Shown here piece by piece: positions 43,858 through 53,401 of a DNA stretch of 64,000 nucleotides. Under the pieces are notes generated by a model. That model made no database searches and was not told where the DNA came from. It saw only the letters and a list, made by a program, of their open reading frames with translations. How positions within the stretch are numbered: position 1 is the first letter of the stretch; each line of letters opens with the position of its first letter. Origin of the DNA: a virus. A program made the position numbers and the translations under genes. The DNA is taken from positions 27,634 to 91,633 of the IMG/VR virus record IMGVR_UViG_3300005688_000028, one strand, 5' to 3'.

Positions 43858-44240
43858 GCGACCTCCGGCGTCAGCGCCGCCTTGGCGGATTCGATGGCGG
43901 GCATGGGGTCTTCCCACGTCGAGACCACCTCAACAAAGTCATCGGGTCCAGCCCCCAGGGTGTGGTGGAAGTAGATGTCTTCTGCGCCGAAGGCTATCGA
44001 GAGGCCAGGGTTCCATTCACACACCACGCCCCCACACTCCATCGGGTAGACGTATGGAACTGGTTTGAAGTCGCCACCGAACCACTTGCGCACCGCCTCC
44101 ACCGCTCGCGGCTGGATCGCCTTTCCATAACCGTCCCACCAGCCATCCTGCAAGCGAGAAATCTCCGCAAGTCGCCCTTCTATCGGCTCACTGCGCGAGG
44201 AGAGCGGCCCGTTCTCAAAGTCGAGCTCGCCGTCGCTCAC
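43854..44240 (-). CDS. Hypothetical protein
   Basis: Coupled ORF; L.DGW.DGYG motif. Confidence 0.7.
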   Translation of the reverse strand: MSDGELDFENGPLSSRSEPIEGRLAEISRLQDGWWDGYGKAIQPRAVEAVRKWFGGDFKPVPYVYPMECGGVVCEWNPGLSIAFGAEDIYFHHTLGAGPDDFVEVVSTWEDPMPAIESAKAALTPEVA

Positions 44241-44758
44241 GACCCACCCCCAACCCGCTTCGCCAGCCGCTCCAACGACCGCGCCTCACCACCCGTCACC
44301 TCTTTCGGTGCGGCACTCTCGCCCACCGGAACGTTTCGGGTCATCACCTGCACCCCGCGCTTCTGAAGCTCCGCGACGACCTCAAGGAACACGGTCGACG
44401 TAGCCTTCGCCATCGTCTCCTGCCCCTTCGTCCGCGCCGCGACCGGATGCTCCAACCATACAACCACGTCGCAGGGCTTGCCCTCCGGGTGGCTCGCGAG
44501 CCACTTCCGCAGCGCACGCGCCACCGTCACGCCCTCGACAAGCCACGGGCCGGGCTCGTCGAACCAGCCCGCGACGGCCGCGCTCTCCTTGCTCCAGCTC
44601 TCGCGGTCGGTCCCGAAGGCGTGGACGATAGCGTCGGTGTGGCGGACCTTCATCGGCACGCCGTAGGTGCGCAGGTAGTGCTCGGCGCGCTTCTCCGCGT
44701 AGGTGGTCTTGCCGGCCTTGGGGCCGCCCGTGACGCAGACTCGTTGCTCTTTGCTCAT
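44237..44758 (-). CDS. P-loop nucleotide kinase-like protein
   Basis: VCVTGGPKAGKTT, HTD, WLVEG. Confidence 0.8.
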   Translation of the reverse strand: MSKEQRVCVTGGPKAGKTTYAEKRAEHYLRTYGVPMKVRHTDAIVHAFGTDRESWSKESAAVAGWFDEPGPWLVEGVTVARALRKWLASHPEGKPCDVVVWLEHPVAARTKGQETMAKATSTVFLEVVAELQKRGVQVMTRNVPVGESAAPKEVTGGEARSLERLAKRVGGGS

Positions 44759-44850
44759 CGCCTCGTCTCCCGAAACGCAAGCCAGAACATGAACGCGCCG
44801 AACGCGAGCACGCTCACCAGAATTGCCACTGCCGCTTCGTTGTCACTCAC
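44755..44850 (-). CDS. 31-aa single-TM peptide (not in ORF track)
   Basis: MSDNEAAVAILVSVLAFGAFMFWLAFRETRR; coupled at both ends. Confidence 0.6.
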   Translation of the reverse strand: MSDNEAAVAILVSVLAFGAFMFWLAFRETRR

Positions 44851-45350
44851 TGCGCACCTCCACCCAGGCCGCCGCTCGTTGTGCGCTCACCACGCGCATT
44901 TTCCGTGCGGGTTGGCAAATCGCTGTGCCTCGGAGTGAACCGCCGCTCCGTGCTGAACCCGAACGACTCGACGAAGCGCCGCGCCTCGTCCCAGCCCTCG
45001 GCCACGCTTGCGGCCCACCCGTCTTCTCGCAGCGCGGCAATCCACGCCTTCTGCTCTTCGCTCGTCACGCTCCCGTGCCGGCGCTTCATCTCCACCGCGA
45101 TCCCGCGCACTTCGGGCCGCCACGGGCACCGCCGCGTGATGACGAGGTCGGGCACGCCCTTGCGCAACCCCTGCCCCTTCGCGATGGCCCCGCCGATACG
45201 CCCTCGGTTGCCCTCGTTCGGGACGTGGAAGTAACCCTTCGGACCCACGGCCAGCTCAAGCCACTGCACGAACGCGGCCTGTTCCTGGCGCTCCAATGGC
45301 GCTGGGATCCTCGGCGTCTTCGGCGCCCGCTTCGCTCGGACTGTCGTCAT
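44847..45350 (-). CDS. VRR-NUC nuclease (Holliday-junction resolvase-like)
   Basis: FHVPNEG, G..KGVPDL, VEMKR..G..SEEQKAW. Confidence 0.9.
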   Translation of the reverse strand: MTTVRAKRAPKTPRIPAPLERQEQAAFVQWLELAVGPKGYFHVPNEGNRGRIGGAIAKGQGLRKGVPDLVITRRCPWRPEVRGIAVEMKRRHGSVTSEEQKAWIAALREDGWAASVAEGWDEARRFVESFGFSTERRFTPRHSDLPTRTENARGERTTSGGLGGGAQ

Positions 45351-45694
45351 GCCTCGCCCCCTCGACCACCGAGCACGGCCAGCGCGACGCTCTGCACGCT
45401 GACGCCCTCGACGGCCGCGACCTCAGCGCACCATCCGGGCTCACTCGTGTCCACCGCCGCCCCATCCCGCTCCCAGCAACCCGGGAGGTCGGCGACTGGC
45501 TCCCAACCCGCCGACTCGAGCCGAAGGTGCAAAGCGTCGCTCGGTGGCGCTTTCGATTCGCTCAGGGTGCCGGGTTTCTTCGCGCTGTCGCCCCGTCTGG
45601 CGCCCTCGGAGTACCCTTGTGGCTTGAAGGGTCCTCGACGCGCCACATGGGCATTATCCTGGCCTTCTCGTCGATCTGCTCGTTTCGTGCCCAT
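45347..45694 (-). CDS. Hypothetical protein
   Basis: Fills gap in coupled operon. Confidence 0.55.
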   Translation of the reverse strand: MGTKRADRREGQDNAHVARRGPFKPQGYSEGARRGDSAKKPGTLSESKAPPSDALHLRLESAGWEPVADLPGCWERDGAAVDTSEPGWCAEVAAVEGVSVQSVALAVLGGRGGEA

Positions 45695-45695
45695 T

Positions 45696-47129
45696 TTACG
45701 CGGCTCCCCGGGCCTTGGTGCCCTGCGCGGTGATTCGCAGCGGGCTCTGGGGCAGCTTGCGCCGCTCCAGCTCGCGCTCGACGGCCGGGACGACGAAGCT
45801 GCCCCAAAGCCCGTCGAGCGTGGCCTGGCGGAACTCGGGCGTCGGCGCGGCGAGGACTAGCTCGCCCGCATGGCTCACGCCGAGCGCGGTCAGTGGCGCG
45901 ATGCACTCGGCGTGCTCGTCGCGGTCCAGGTAGCCCGGGCCTTTCATGCTCGCGGCCGCTGCGGCCCAGACGGCGTCCCACGTCGCGTCCGGGGTGATGG
46001 CGCCCTTGGGCTCCGGCGAGGTGTTGGGCGGCGAGCGCTCGAACACGGGCGGCGTAGCGCCGGGCTCGGGCCGGTATCGCGGCGTGTAGCGGTCGCCGGG
46101 GGCGACTTCGGCTTGGCGCTTCTTCGCCTCGCGCTTCGCTCGGTCGCTCCGCTCGGCCTCGACGAACTGGCACTCGCGGCGAAGCCAGGACACGAGGTCG
46201 GTTCTGTACCCGACCCACGGCTTCGACGCCTCGCACATGCGGCTCACGGCCTCGCCGAACTCCGCGGGGAACTCCATCGCGACGCGCTTCGCGTCGTCGA
46301 CGGTCCAGGCGTGGCCCATGGGGCGCGCTTCGCGGAGCCGGTCGTACCACGCCAGCCCGGCGTTCTCGCACTCGTGGGTCGGCCACTCGGGGGGAGGCTT
46401 CGGGATATGGGGCCGCTCGGCGGACAGGTCCACTGGCGGCGCGGTGGGGGTCGCGCGCCCGCCCGCGAAGAAGCTCTCTCTTTTTGGCTCAGAAAGAGAG
46501 AGTGTCTTACCTCTCGGCTCTAGGGCTTGCGTGAGCCCTAACCCAGACGCAAGCGTTGCTAAGGGCTTGCTAGGGTCGGCCCCTAGCGTTTGCTTAGGGC
46601 TCGACGGTAGCACCCCGTCGCCCACGGTGGCCGTAGCAAAGTCCCTAGCCAGCGGTAGCTCGTGCTTAGGGGTCGCTACGGCGACGGTTGTTCCCTCCGC
46701 TTCGGTCTCGTCCGTAGCCGGCCTTAGCGTTTGCTTAGGAGTCGCTTCGGTCGACGCAGGCAGGAAGCGGCCCTTGTTGTTGCGCTGGAGTGCCTGCCGA
46801 GTCGCCGCCGACTTGAGCCCACCCTTGCGTCCCGCTTCGCGCCGCGCCTCGTTGACGCGCTCGTAGCGGCCGACCCCCCTGACCCTCAGACTGCCGTTGG
46901 GCATGGGCTCCACAAAGTTGAAGGCTTCGAGGACTTCTGCGAGGTCCTTGCACGGGCCGAAGAGGCCCCTGAGCTCGAGGGGCCGCACCTCTTCGACCTT
47001 GTGCCTGTAGCAGTGCGCCCACAAGCTCAGCATGCCGTGGGAGACGATTTCGACCGGCAGGCCCGTGGCGCGAGCGATGAGCGGGAAGGTGTTGAAGGCG
47101 TCGAGCTCGACTTGGATATAGCTGCTCAT
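45696..47129 (-). CDS. Replication initiator (lambda O-like) with C-terminal DnaA_N-like domain
   Basis: Follows DnaC; REAGRKGG; internal repeats; LVLAAPTPEF C-terminus. Confidence 0.75.
   Translation of the reverse strand: MSSYIQVELDAFNTFPLIARATGLPVEIVSHGMLSLWAHCYRHKVEEVRPLELRGLFGPCKDLAEVLEAFNFVEPMPNGSLRVRGVGRYERVNEARREAGRKGGLKSAATRQALQRNNKGRFLPASTEATPKQTLRPATDETEAEGTTVAVATPKHELPLARDFATATVGDGVLPSSPKQTLGADPSKPLATLASGLGLTQALEPRGKTLSLSEPKRESFFAGGRATPTAPPVDLSAERPHIPKPPPEWPTHECENAGLAWYDRLREARPMGHAWTVDDAKRVAMEFPAEFGEAVSRMCEASKPWVGYRTDLVSWLRRECQFVEAERSDRAKREAKKRQAEVAPGDRYTPRYRPEPGATPPVFERSPPNTSPEPKGAITPDATWDAVWAAAAASMKGPGYLDRDEHAECIAPLTALGVSHAGELVLAAPTPEFRQATLDGLWGSFVVPAVERELERRKLPQSPLRITAQGTKARGAA
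46474..46739. repeat. Putative replication origin: iterons TAGCNNNTGCTTAGG plus purine/pyrimidine inverted repeat
   Basis: Copies at 46584, 46656, 46725; CTCTCTCTTT/AAAGAGAGAG at 46474/46493; local GC drop. Confidence 0.7.
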
Positions 47130-47941
47130 GCTTCCGCCCCCGCTTCCATCGCCTGAACGGCGCGGTAGTCCTCGCCCGTCATATGGACCACCTCGCACGC
47201 GGCCTTGAATCTCGACACCAGGCGCTCGCCGATCCGCCCCTCGAGACTCTCGGCCCCGGAGGCCAGCGGCTCCATGAGGTAGTTGGTCGTCACGATGAGC
47301 GGGGCCTCGGCGTTGTAGCGGCGGCTGATCACCTGATCGATGATGCTCAGCTCCCAGGGCGTTCCCTGCCCGCGCCCGAGGTCGTCGATGATGAGCAGCG
47401 ACGCGTCGGTCAGCGCTGCGACGATGGTGTGCTCGGTCTCGCCCCCCGCGTCGCGCGGCTTCCCGAAGGTCGCCCGGATGCTCGCGAGGAGCCCTTGGTA
47501 GTCGACGAAGCGCACGGGGATCCCGTGACCCAGCGTGAGGCGCGCCGCGAGCCCGCAGACGAGGTGCGTCTTTCCGAGCCCATAGCCTCCCATGAGAACG
47601 AGCCCGCGTGTGACGCGCTTGACGTTGTCCTTGGGGATGAACCTCCCGATTGCCTGCGCGGCCGCGTCGATGCTCGGGTGACGCTGGCGCTTGAAGCTGC
47701 GATTCCCGAGGTTCTTGTTCGCGTAGTGGCCGGGGATCTGCGCCCGGTTGAACATGGTGGCGCGGTTGAGCGTGGCGACGCATTCGCAGGTCTGCGCCAC
47801 CTCGTAGAGCCCTTCGCGCTTGACGACGAAGCGGTGTCCCTTGCAGGTCTTGCACTCGCGCTTGCACTCGCAGACTCGCGCGGTCGCGGTGTGTCCGGGC
47901 TGGACGTGAAAGCCGACGTCGTTGCAGAGGTTGCAGCTCAT
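47126..47941 (-). CDS. DnaC/IstB-like ATPase (helicase loader)
   Basis: Cys-rich N-terminus, GGYGLGKTHL, LLIIDDLG, RYN..IVTTN, IGERLVSR. Confidence 0.92.
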   Translation of the reverse strand: MSCNLCNDVGFHVQPGHTATARVCECKRECKTCKGHRFVVKREGLYEVAQTCECVATLNRATMFNRAQIPGHYANKNLGNRSFKRQRHPSIDAAAQAIGRFIPKDNVKRVTRGLVLMGGYGLGKTHLVCGLAARLTLGHGIPVRFVDYQGLLASIRATFGKPRDAGGETEHTIVAALTDASLLIIDDLGRGQGTPWELSIIDQVISRRYNAEAPLIVTTNYLMEPLASGAESLEGRIGERLVSRFKAACEVVHMTGEDYRAVQAMEAGAEA

Positions 47942-48651
47942 CCTTGGTCCCTCCATGCGTCGCGGAGCACCTTGACCAGCGTGTGCGCGTCGATGAGCTC
48001 AATTCGCTCCAACGAGGCCCTCGCAACCTCGTCGCCTTGCGCTGCCAGCTTGAAGAGGTGCGGCACCGTCGCGCGCATCGCCTCGAGTAGCGCGATGTAG
48101 GACGTGCTGCTCTCGTGCCGCCGCGTCTTCTCGGCGTGCCTTGCCTCGGCCATCCTGATATGCGCCCGGTGCGACTCTGCCGCCTCCCGCTCTCGCGCGA
48201 GCGCGACCTTCTCGCGCTCCAGGGCGTCCGCGCATCCGCACTCGCGGCTGTAGAGCCGGACGGGCTTCGCGGTCCGCTTCGGCGCGCCCCTCTTCGGGGC
48301 TGGCGGGTGGAGCATGTCGGGCGACGAGGGCTTCACGCGCCTCGGTTCGGCGTCGATCGCGTCGGCGACCGCCTCGATGGACTCGAGCCCGGGGAAGGGC
48401 AGAAGCGGCCGCTCGTCAATGACCGTCACGACCACATGCGCGCGGATCTCGCGGTCGGGCTTGACGAGTAGGACGCACGGCGGCGCGTCGATTCGCCACA
48501 TGGGCGTGCCCAGCGGCGTCTTCTCCTTGAGCGGCGTCGCGGTTTCGGCCGCGATTCTCAGCAGGAGTCGCGCCTCGTCGAACGATTGCGGGGCGCCGCT
48601 GATGCGCTGCATGAACCGCTCGACCGCGTGTGCGGTGATGATCACCTTCAT
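47938..48651 (-). CDS. Hypothetical protein, paralog A
   Basis: ITAHAVERFMQRI; paralogous to adjacent gene. Confidence 0.8.
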   Translation of the reverse strand: MKVIITAHAVERFMQRISGAPQSFDEARLLLRIAAETATPLKEKTPLGTPMWRIDAPPCVLLVKPDREIRAHVVVTVIDERPLLPFPGLESIEAVADAIDAEPRRVKPSSPDMLHPPAPKRGAPKRTAKPVRLYSRECGCADALEREKVALAREREAAESHRAHIRMAEARHAEKTRRHESSTSYIALLEAMRATVPHLFKLAAQGDEVARASLERIELIDAHTLVKVLRDAWRDQG

Positions 48652-48652
48652 C

Positions 48653-49201
48653 TCAGTCCCTCCATGCGTCGCTCAGCGCTCTCGTGAGCACCGCGCAGTC
48701 AATCGCCTCGATGCGCTCAAGCGCCGCCCTCGCGGTCCCGTCTCCGCTCGTCGCCTGCGTGAAAAGGTAGGGCACCGTGGCCCGCATGGCCTCGAGTAGC
48801 GCCTCGTACTGCTTGACCTGCCTGCGCAGCTCGGCGGCCCCTCGGGCCTGCGCCACGTCGAGGGTCTGATGCGGCGTCGTGCGCCACGGGTCCGGGTCGA
48901 TCCGATACGCCACGTCTTCGACGCTCTCGCAGCGCGGGATTACGGCCTCGTTCAGCTCGTCCTCTCTAAGCACCGTCACCAGAACGTGGACGCGCGCGGC
49001 GTGGTCGTGCTTGACGACGAGCAGGCACCCCTTGATGGGCGAGCGCCAGATAGGGTGGCCCAGCGGAGTCCGCTGCTTCGTTGGGGTTGCGGCCTCGGCC
49101 GCTTCTTCCAACACGGTGCGGGCGGCCTCGGGGCCGGGAAGCGAGCCGTCGATGCGCTTGAGGAAGCGTTCCACGGCGTGGTGGGTGACGATGAGCTTCA
49201 T
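48653..49201 (-). CDS. Hypothetical protein, paralog B
   Basis: VTHHAVERFLKRI. Confidence 0.8.
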   Translation of the reverse strand: MKLIVTHHAVERFLKRIDGSLPGPEAARTVLEEAAEAATPTKQRTPLGHPIWRSPIKGCLLVVKHDHAARVHVLVTVLREDELNEAVIPRCESVEDVAYRIDPDPWRTTPHQTLDVAQARGAAELRRQVKQYEALLEAMRATVPYLFTQATSGDGTARAALERIEAIDCAVLTRALSDAWRD

Positions 49202-49449
49202 AGTTCAGGGTCCCATCCAAGGTCCTCGTATTTGACCCCGGCACGCTCCGCGAGGCGGCGCGCGATGCGCTGAAGCTCGGCGTTCAGCTTCCAGTGAGCA
49301 TCGCCAGTCTCTTCGTCGGCCTCTTCGACCCGCTCTTCTTCGTAGAAGCGGATCTCGTGATGCTTGAGGCACGCGGCCGCAAAGTGCAGGGCTTCGAGGC
49401 GGGCGTGACGCCGGCTGATGATGAGCTTGCGCGGTCGTTCGTCGTTCAC
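49198..49449 (-). CDS. Hypothetical protein
   Basis: Coupled ORF, GGAGG RBS. Confidence 0.7.
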   Translation of the reverse strand: MNDERPRKLIISRRHARLEALHFAAACLKHHEIRFYEEERVEEADEETGDAHWKLNAELQRIARRLAERAGVKYEDLGWDPEL

Positions 49450-50030
49450 GACTCACCTCCGCGAAAGTGAAAGCGGCACACGGCCCGATGAATCGGCAGA
49501 AACTCTTGGTTCCCGCCGTCGGGGTTGTCGAGGCCGCACCAGATCCACCACCCACCCGCCATCGCAGAGAGCGCGCGCAGCGCCTCTGCCTGTGCTGCGC
49601 TGACCTCGCCCTGGCCGTAGGGGTGACTCGCCGGGGCCGCCATCGCGATGTCCCACAAGAAGTGGGAGAGGCTGGCCATCCACCCCGCGCACCAGCATTC
49701 CTCGCTGATGTCACTCATGAGCGCCCAGAGGTCGATGGCGGCTTCGCGTCGCCACGTCGGCATATTCGAGAGCGTCGTGTCGCCCTCGGCCATGTAGGCT
49801 TCGGGGCTTTCGTCGTCGTACTCGAACCGCGCCTCGTCGATGGCGGCCCGCGCCGCCTCGCTCATCATGGCCGAGTCCTTGATGAACCAACGCGGCTGCG
49901 CGCGTCTCAGGTCTCGGGGCGCGTCGCCAAGGTCCATGCGCGCCGTGACCCGCATCGCCCGCCGCGACACCATGGCCCCGAAACACCAGTCGCGGATGGC
50001 CCGAAGGATTCGGTCGGCCCCGGCGCTCAC
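49446..50030 (-). CDS. Hypothetical protein
   Basis: Coupled ORF; MSDISEECWCAGW..LW motif. Confidence 0.75.
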   Translation of the reverse strand: MSAGADRILRAIRDWCFGAMVSRRAMRVTARMDLGDAPRDLRRAQPRWFIKDSAMMSEAARAAIDEARFEYDDESPEAYMAEGDTTLSNMPTWRREAAIDLWALMSDISEECWCAGWMASLSHFLWDIAMAAPASHPYGQGEVSAAQAEALRALSAMAGGWWIWCGLDNPDGGNQEFLPIHRAVCRFHFRGGES

Positions 50031-50536
50031 GGCGTCACCTCCGCGAACGTCTGAATCTCCGCGAGAATGTAGGTCATCTCGGCGACGGCCTTGTGTCGCT
50101 CGGCAAATTGTCTGAAATCATCAAGAGACACCAAGGGCGCAATCACCACCCTATATGGCACCACGCGGGATTGCACGATCGCTACCGTCATGCCGACCTC
50201 GTTCTGCCCCGGCCGAAGCTCCTTGCCCCACGTCATCCACCCGAGATCGACACGCTGGGGGCCAGTCGGCCAAGCCGGCCGATAAGCCCACCCCTCGGGA
50301 GGCTCGACGAACAGGCGTTCGATGGTCCAGCGAGGCGCGGTGAGGGGCGGCACAAGCGCCTCACCGTTCCATGAGGTCGAGACGACGCCTTTTCGCGAAA
50401 AGACCGCGCCACCGAAGACGTGGGGCGCCGCGACCTCAAACCACACCCCTTCCGGGTCTTCATCGGGCCATTCGGTGACAGACCAGCCGCGCACCTCAGC
50501 GCGGAACTTCACCAGCTCCAGATCGAAAACGCTCAC
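50027..50536 (-). CDS. Hypothetical protein
   Basis: Coupled ORF; PPEGW.Y segment shared with next gene. Confidence 0.7.
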   Translation of the reverse strand: MSVFDLELVKFRAEVRGWSVTEWPDEDPEGVWFEVAAPHVFGGAVFSRKGVVSTSWNGEALVPPLTAPRWTIERLFVEPPEGWAYRPAWPTGPQRVDLGWMTWGKELRPGQNEVGMTVAIVQSRVVPYRVVIAPLVSLDDFRQFAERHKAVAEMTYILAEIQTFAEVTP

Positions 50537-50796
50537 AAGACCTCCTTGAGCGCGCGCAAGAGCGCCGCCACGGCCTCATGGGCCTTCTCCAGCTCGTCGA
50601 GGTCTTGTGTCTCTCGAACCGCGACCCCAACATCGCGCCGCTCGGCACTCCAGACGTGGACGATAGCGGGTGGGCGGTCGGGGGCTTCCGGCTTCATCCA
50701 GTAGAGGTCGAATCCGCTGCCGTCCTCCGTCCACGGATGGTAGGTCCAGCCCTCGGGCGGGTTTGCGGTGAGGTCTGCCAGCGTCTTCGGCTTCAT
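50533..50796 (-). CDS. Hypothetical protein
   Basis: Coupled ORF; PPEGWTY. Confidence 0.7.
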   Translation of the reverse strand: MKPKTLADLTANPPEGWTYHPWTEDGSGFDLYWMKPEAPDRPPAIVHVWSAERRDVGVAVRETQDLDELEKAHEAVAALLRALKEVL

Positions 50797-51140
50797 GCCC
50801 CACCTCCCGTGACGAGCGCGGTCAGCCGCTCGACCTGGCGGCGCATGTCCGCGACCACCGCCTCGACCTGCGCGAGCTGACCGTGCAGCATCCGCAGAGT
50901 CTCGACGGCGTCGCCGTCAGACTCGAGCAAAGCGCGGTCGTGGCGGCAGACGTGGCCCGTCGTTCCGACCAGGGACATCAGGACGCCATCCTTCTGCCGA
51001 TAGTGGCGAGTCCCGTGCCCCGGCGTCCTTACGTCGAGCCAGCACTCTGCCTCGGGTCCGTGTCGGTCCGTGACCCACCCCAGCGCCTTCGCTCGGCGCT
51101 CGATGGCGTCGAGCGGCGTCTCGACCTTGTACTCATCCAC
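50793..51140 (-). CDS. Hypothetical protein
   Basis: Coupled ORF, GGAGG RBS. Confidence 0.7.
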   Translation of the reverse strand: MDEYKVETPLDAIERRAKALGWVTDRHGPEAECWLDVRTPGHGTRHYRQKDGVLMSLVGTTGHVCRHDRALLESDGDAVETLRMLHGQLAQVEAVVADMRRQVERLTALVTGGGA

Positions 51141-51546
51141 GGGCCACCTCCTCCGCGAGCATGCGCATGGCCGTGTCGAAGCCGTAGAGCGCGCCGTCCC
51201 GCGTCGCCCGCTCGTGGCTTCCAGGGACGCTCATGTCGTCCGGCGGCATCCGCCCGTTCATGGTCGCGCGCCTCTCTCGCATCCGCTCGAGGACCGCCTT
51301 CAGCCGCTTCACCGCCTCGCCGTCCCGCTCGCCATCGGTCCGGTAGACCTCACCCGTCTCGTCACACTCGGCCGCCAGCTCCGACACTTCCGGGTCCGAC
51401 ACCTCATCCGCGCAATGGTGGCACACCGAAACGTAAGCATTGCCCCACGCCTTCTTGCAGGCAGCCTTTCCGTTCGGCGCCTTGAACTCGCCGATGACCT
51501 TGCTGCCCACGACCGTTCCGGTCACGCGCCATGTCTTCGTCTTCAT
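51133..51546 (-). CDS. Hypothetical protein
   Basis: RBS, CHHC motif. Confidence 0.7.
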   Translation of the reverse strand: MKTKTWRVTGTVVGSKVIGEFKAPNGKAACKKAWGNAYVSVCHHCADEVSDPEVSELAAECDETGEVYRTDGERDGEAVKRLKAVLERMRERRATMNGRMPPDDMSVPGSHERATRDGALYGFDTAMRMLAEEVARG

Positions 51547-51582
51547 CTCTCACCTTCCTCGTTGTCGGGGGCGTGATTGCCC

Positions 51583-52248
51583 CTAGAAAAGCTCGGCCTG
51601 TTCGCCGAGCAGCGGCATGCCCACGAGCAGCTGGTTGATCCGCTCGTACTCGGCTTCGAGCACCGCCGAGACCGCGGGCTTCGCGAGTCTGCGCACGCGC
51701 CCATGCTTGCGCGGCTTCCTCACTGTCGCCGTCGTCCACGTCGCGATGGCGTAGGTCACCGAGGGTCCGCTCGCGTCGTCCTCGGCGATGAACTGAGGAC
51801 GCCAGGTCAGCAGGTTCAGGTCGGGCTCGGGGAGGTCGGCCCGCGCCGCCGCTTGCAGCCACATCGTGGGGAGCAGGATATGGGCGCGCTTGTTGACCCC
51901 GGCTTTGAGCACGCCCAGGATCTTCCGCACGAACGCTTCGAGCAGACTGAACGGCGGGTTCGCGATGATGACGTCGGACCGCATGTAGGGCTCGGCCAGC
52001 TCGAGGCCGTTGGCGCAGTGGACGAGCGTCCCAATCCGCAGTTGGCGGAACGCTTCGTTGGCGAGCAGCCGGTCGATCTCAATGACCTCGTGCTCAGCAC
52101 GCGGCACGGACCACTTGAGCAGCGTCCCGGCGCCGCCCGCGGGGTCGAGGACACGGAGACCACGGCACGGGCCGGCGACCTCGCCCATGGCGCGCGCCGC
52201 GCACGGCGGGCTCGGGTAGTAGTCGTTCGAGCGGCGGGGGCGCTTCAT
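51583..52248 (-). CDS. Orphan DNA amino-methyltransferase
   Basis: DYYPSP, VLDPAGGAG, IIANPPFS. Confidence 0.85.
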   Translation of the reverse strand: MKRPRRSNDYYPSPPCAARAMGEVAGPCRGLRVLDPAGGAGTLLKWSVPRAEHEVIEIDRLLANEAFRQLRIGTLVHCANGLELAEPYMRSDVIIANPPFSLLEAFVRKILGVLKAGVNKRAHILLPTMWLQAAARADLPEPDLNLLTWRPQFIAEDDASGPSVTYAIATWTTATVRKPRKHGRVRRLAKPAVSAVLEAEYERINQLLVGMPLLGEQAELF

Positions 52249-52697
52249 TCCGCACCTTCCAGCGCCGCACCGACCACCGGCATGAGTCGAAGCTGGATCT
52301 GCCGCACGCGCTCATGCGAGACGTTCAGCATCTCGGCCACGCCCTGCCAGTTGAGCCCGCCCCGCTCGCTCACGTCGAGGGCGCATGACTCGCGCATCTC
52401 GGTCACGTCGAGGTGCGGGAAGTTGAGTTTGAGCCCCTTGCCGTTCTCGGTCACGTCGAGAAACAAATGATAACGGCACGACACGAACGGGCACGGCCGA
52501 ATGCCGTCGCGGCACTCGCCCCTGGTCTTGGGTCGCTCGACGTGCGGGTCGTTGTAGAGCTCGGCGCCCACCCGCATCTCGTCGAGGGTGAGGGCCTTGC
52601 TGTTCAGGGTGATGGGGCGCGGCGTGGCCTTGCGGGAGGCTTCGCGCTCGTGCCAGCGCGCGGAGCTCATCGCGACCACCGCCTCAACTCCCGCCAA
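52245..52697 (-). CDS. Myxococcales-type Cys-rich sigma70 region-4 DNA-binding protein
   Basis: RPKTRGEC..G.RPCPFVSCRYHL.LDV..LNFP..ESCALDV.ERGG..V.EMLNVSHERVRQIQ (start may be ATG 52670). Confidence 0.8.
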   Translation of the reverse strand: MAGVEAVVAMSSARWHEREASRKATPRPITLNSKALTLDEMRVGAELYNDPHVERPKTRGECRDGIRPCPFVSCRYHLFLDVTENGKGLKLNFPHLDVTEMRESCALDVSERGGLNWQGVAEMLNVSHERVRQIQLRLMPVVGAALEGAE

Positions 52698-53401
52698 TGC
52701 CCCGACTCAGCCGCGCACCCCATCGGCAGATACCGCGGCCCGTTCGCGGCCAGCGCCTCACCGACGCGCCAGCTCTCCGCGCAGTCGAGCGCCCGAACGC
52801 TTCGGCGCTCTGACACGCGACGCCAGTAGCAGGACGCGGCCACAAGCAGGTCGTCGGCCTCGTGCTCGTCGAGCCCGCACCATGCCCGCTGCCACGGCCA
52901 GAGCTGGAACGGCCCCCAGGCCATCGCCACGCCGCCTCGCGGGTCGCCCCGGAGCGGCCCGCCGGTGGAAGCCTTAGCCCGCAGCGCACCCTCGATGCAC
53001 CACGTCGCGAGCGTGATGCCGCGGGCCTCGTCGGGCACGCCCATCTCGACCTCGTGCCGCAGAAGCGCCAGCATCGCGACGGGGTCCGCGACTCGCCACG
53101 CCTGGCGCTTGCACTGTCCGATCGCCGTCGCGATGAGCGTCACCTCGTCGGGCGTCGGGGGCTCCGCGAGCAGCATCTCGCGATAGTCGAGGCCCGGCGT
53201 CTCGGGCACGGGGCACAAGCCGCCATCGCCTTCCTCGTGATGCTCCCGAACCTCGACCACCGCCCGTGTCGGGACCGCCCGGATCACCGGGGGAGGCGAA
53301 GCCTTCGCAACGCAGTCGATGAAGGCCGCGCCAGCCGCGATGACAATACAGGCGCCCCACGACAACGCGACCGCGGCCACAATCTGATCTGGGTGCCTCA
53401 T
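52667..53401 (-). CDS. Membrane-anchored lysozyme/lytic transglycosylase-like protein
   Basis: N-terminal TM; A.WCIEG (candidate catalytic Glu)...AWGPFQLWPW. Confidence 0.55.
   Translation of the reverse strand: MRHPDQIVAAVALSWGACIVIAAGAAFIDCVAKASPPPVIRAVPTRAVVEVREHHEEGDGGLCPVPETPGLDYREMLLAEPPTPDEVTLIATAIGQCKRQAWRVADPVAMLALLRHEVEMGVPDEARGITLATWCIEGALRAKASTGGPLRGDPRGGVAMAWGPFQLWPWQRAWCGLDEHEADDLLVAASCYWRRVSERRSVRALDCAESWRVGEALAANGPRYLPMGCAAESGHWRELRRWSR

Noticed and set aside
3174-46845. REAGRKGG shared by antirepressor and initiator
   Set aside because: Common short KGG-type motif; not evidence of a system
45696-48026. 776-aa ORF as one protein
   Set aside because: 5' part overlaps dnaC in another frame; real start is ATG 47129. 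The same over-extension was corrected for ssb, groES, neck and other ORFs
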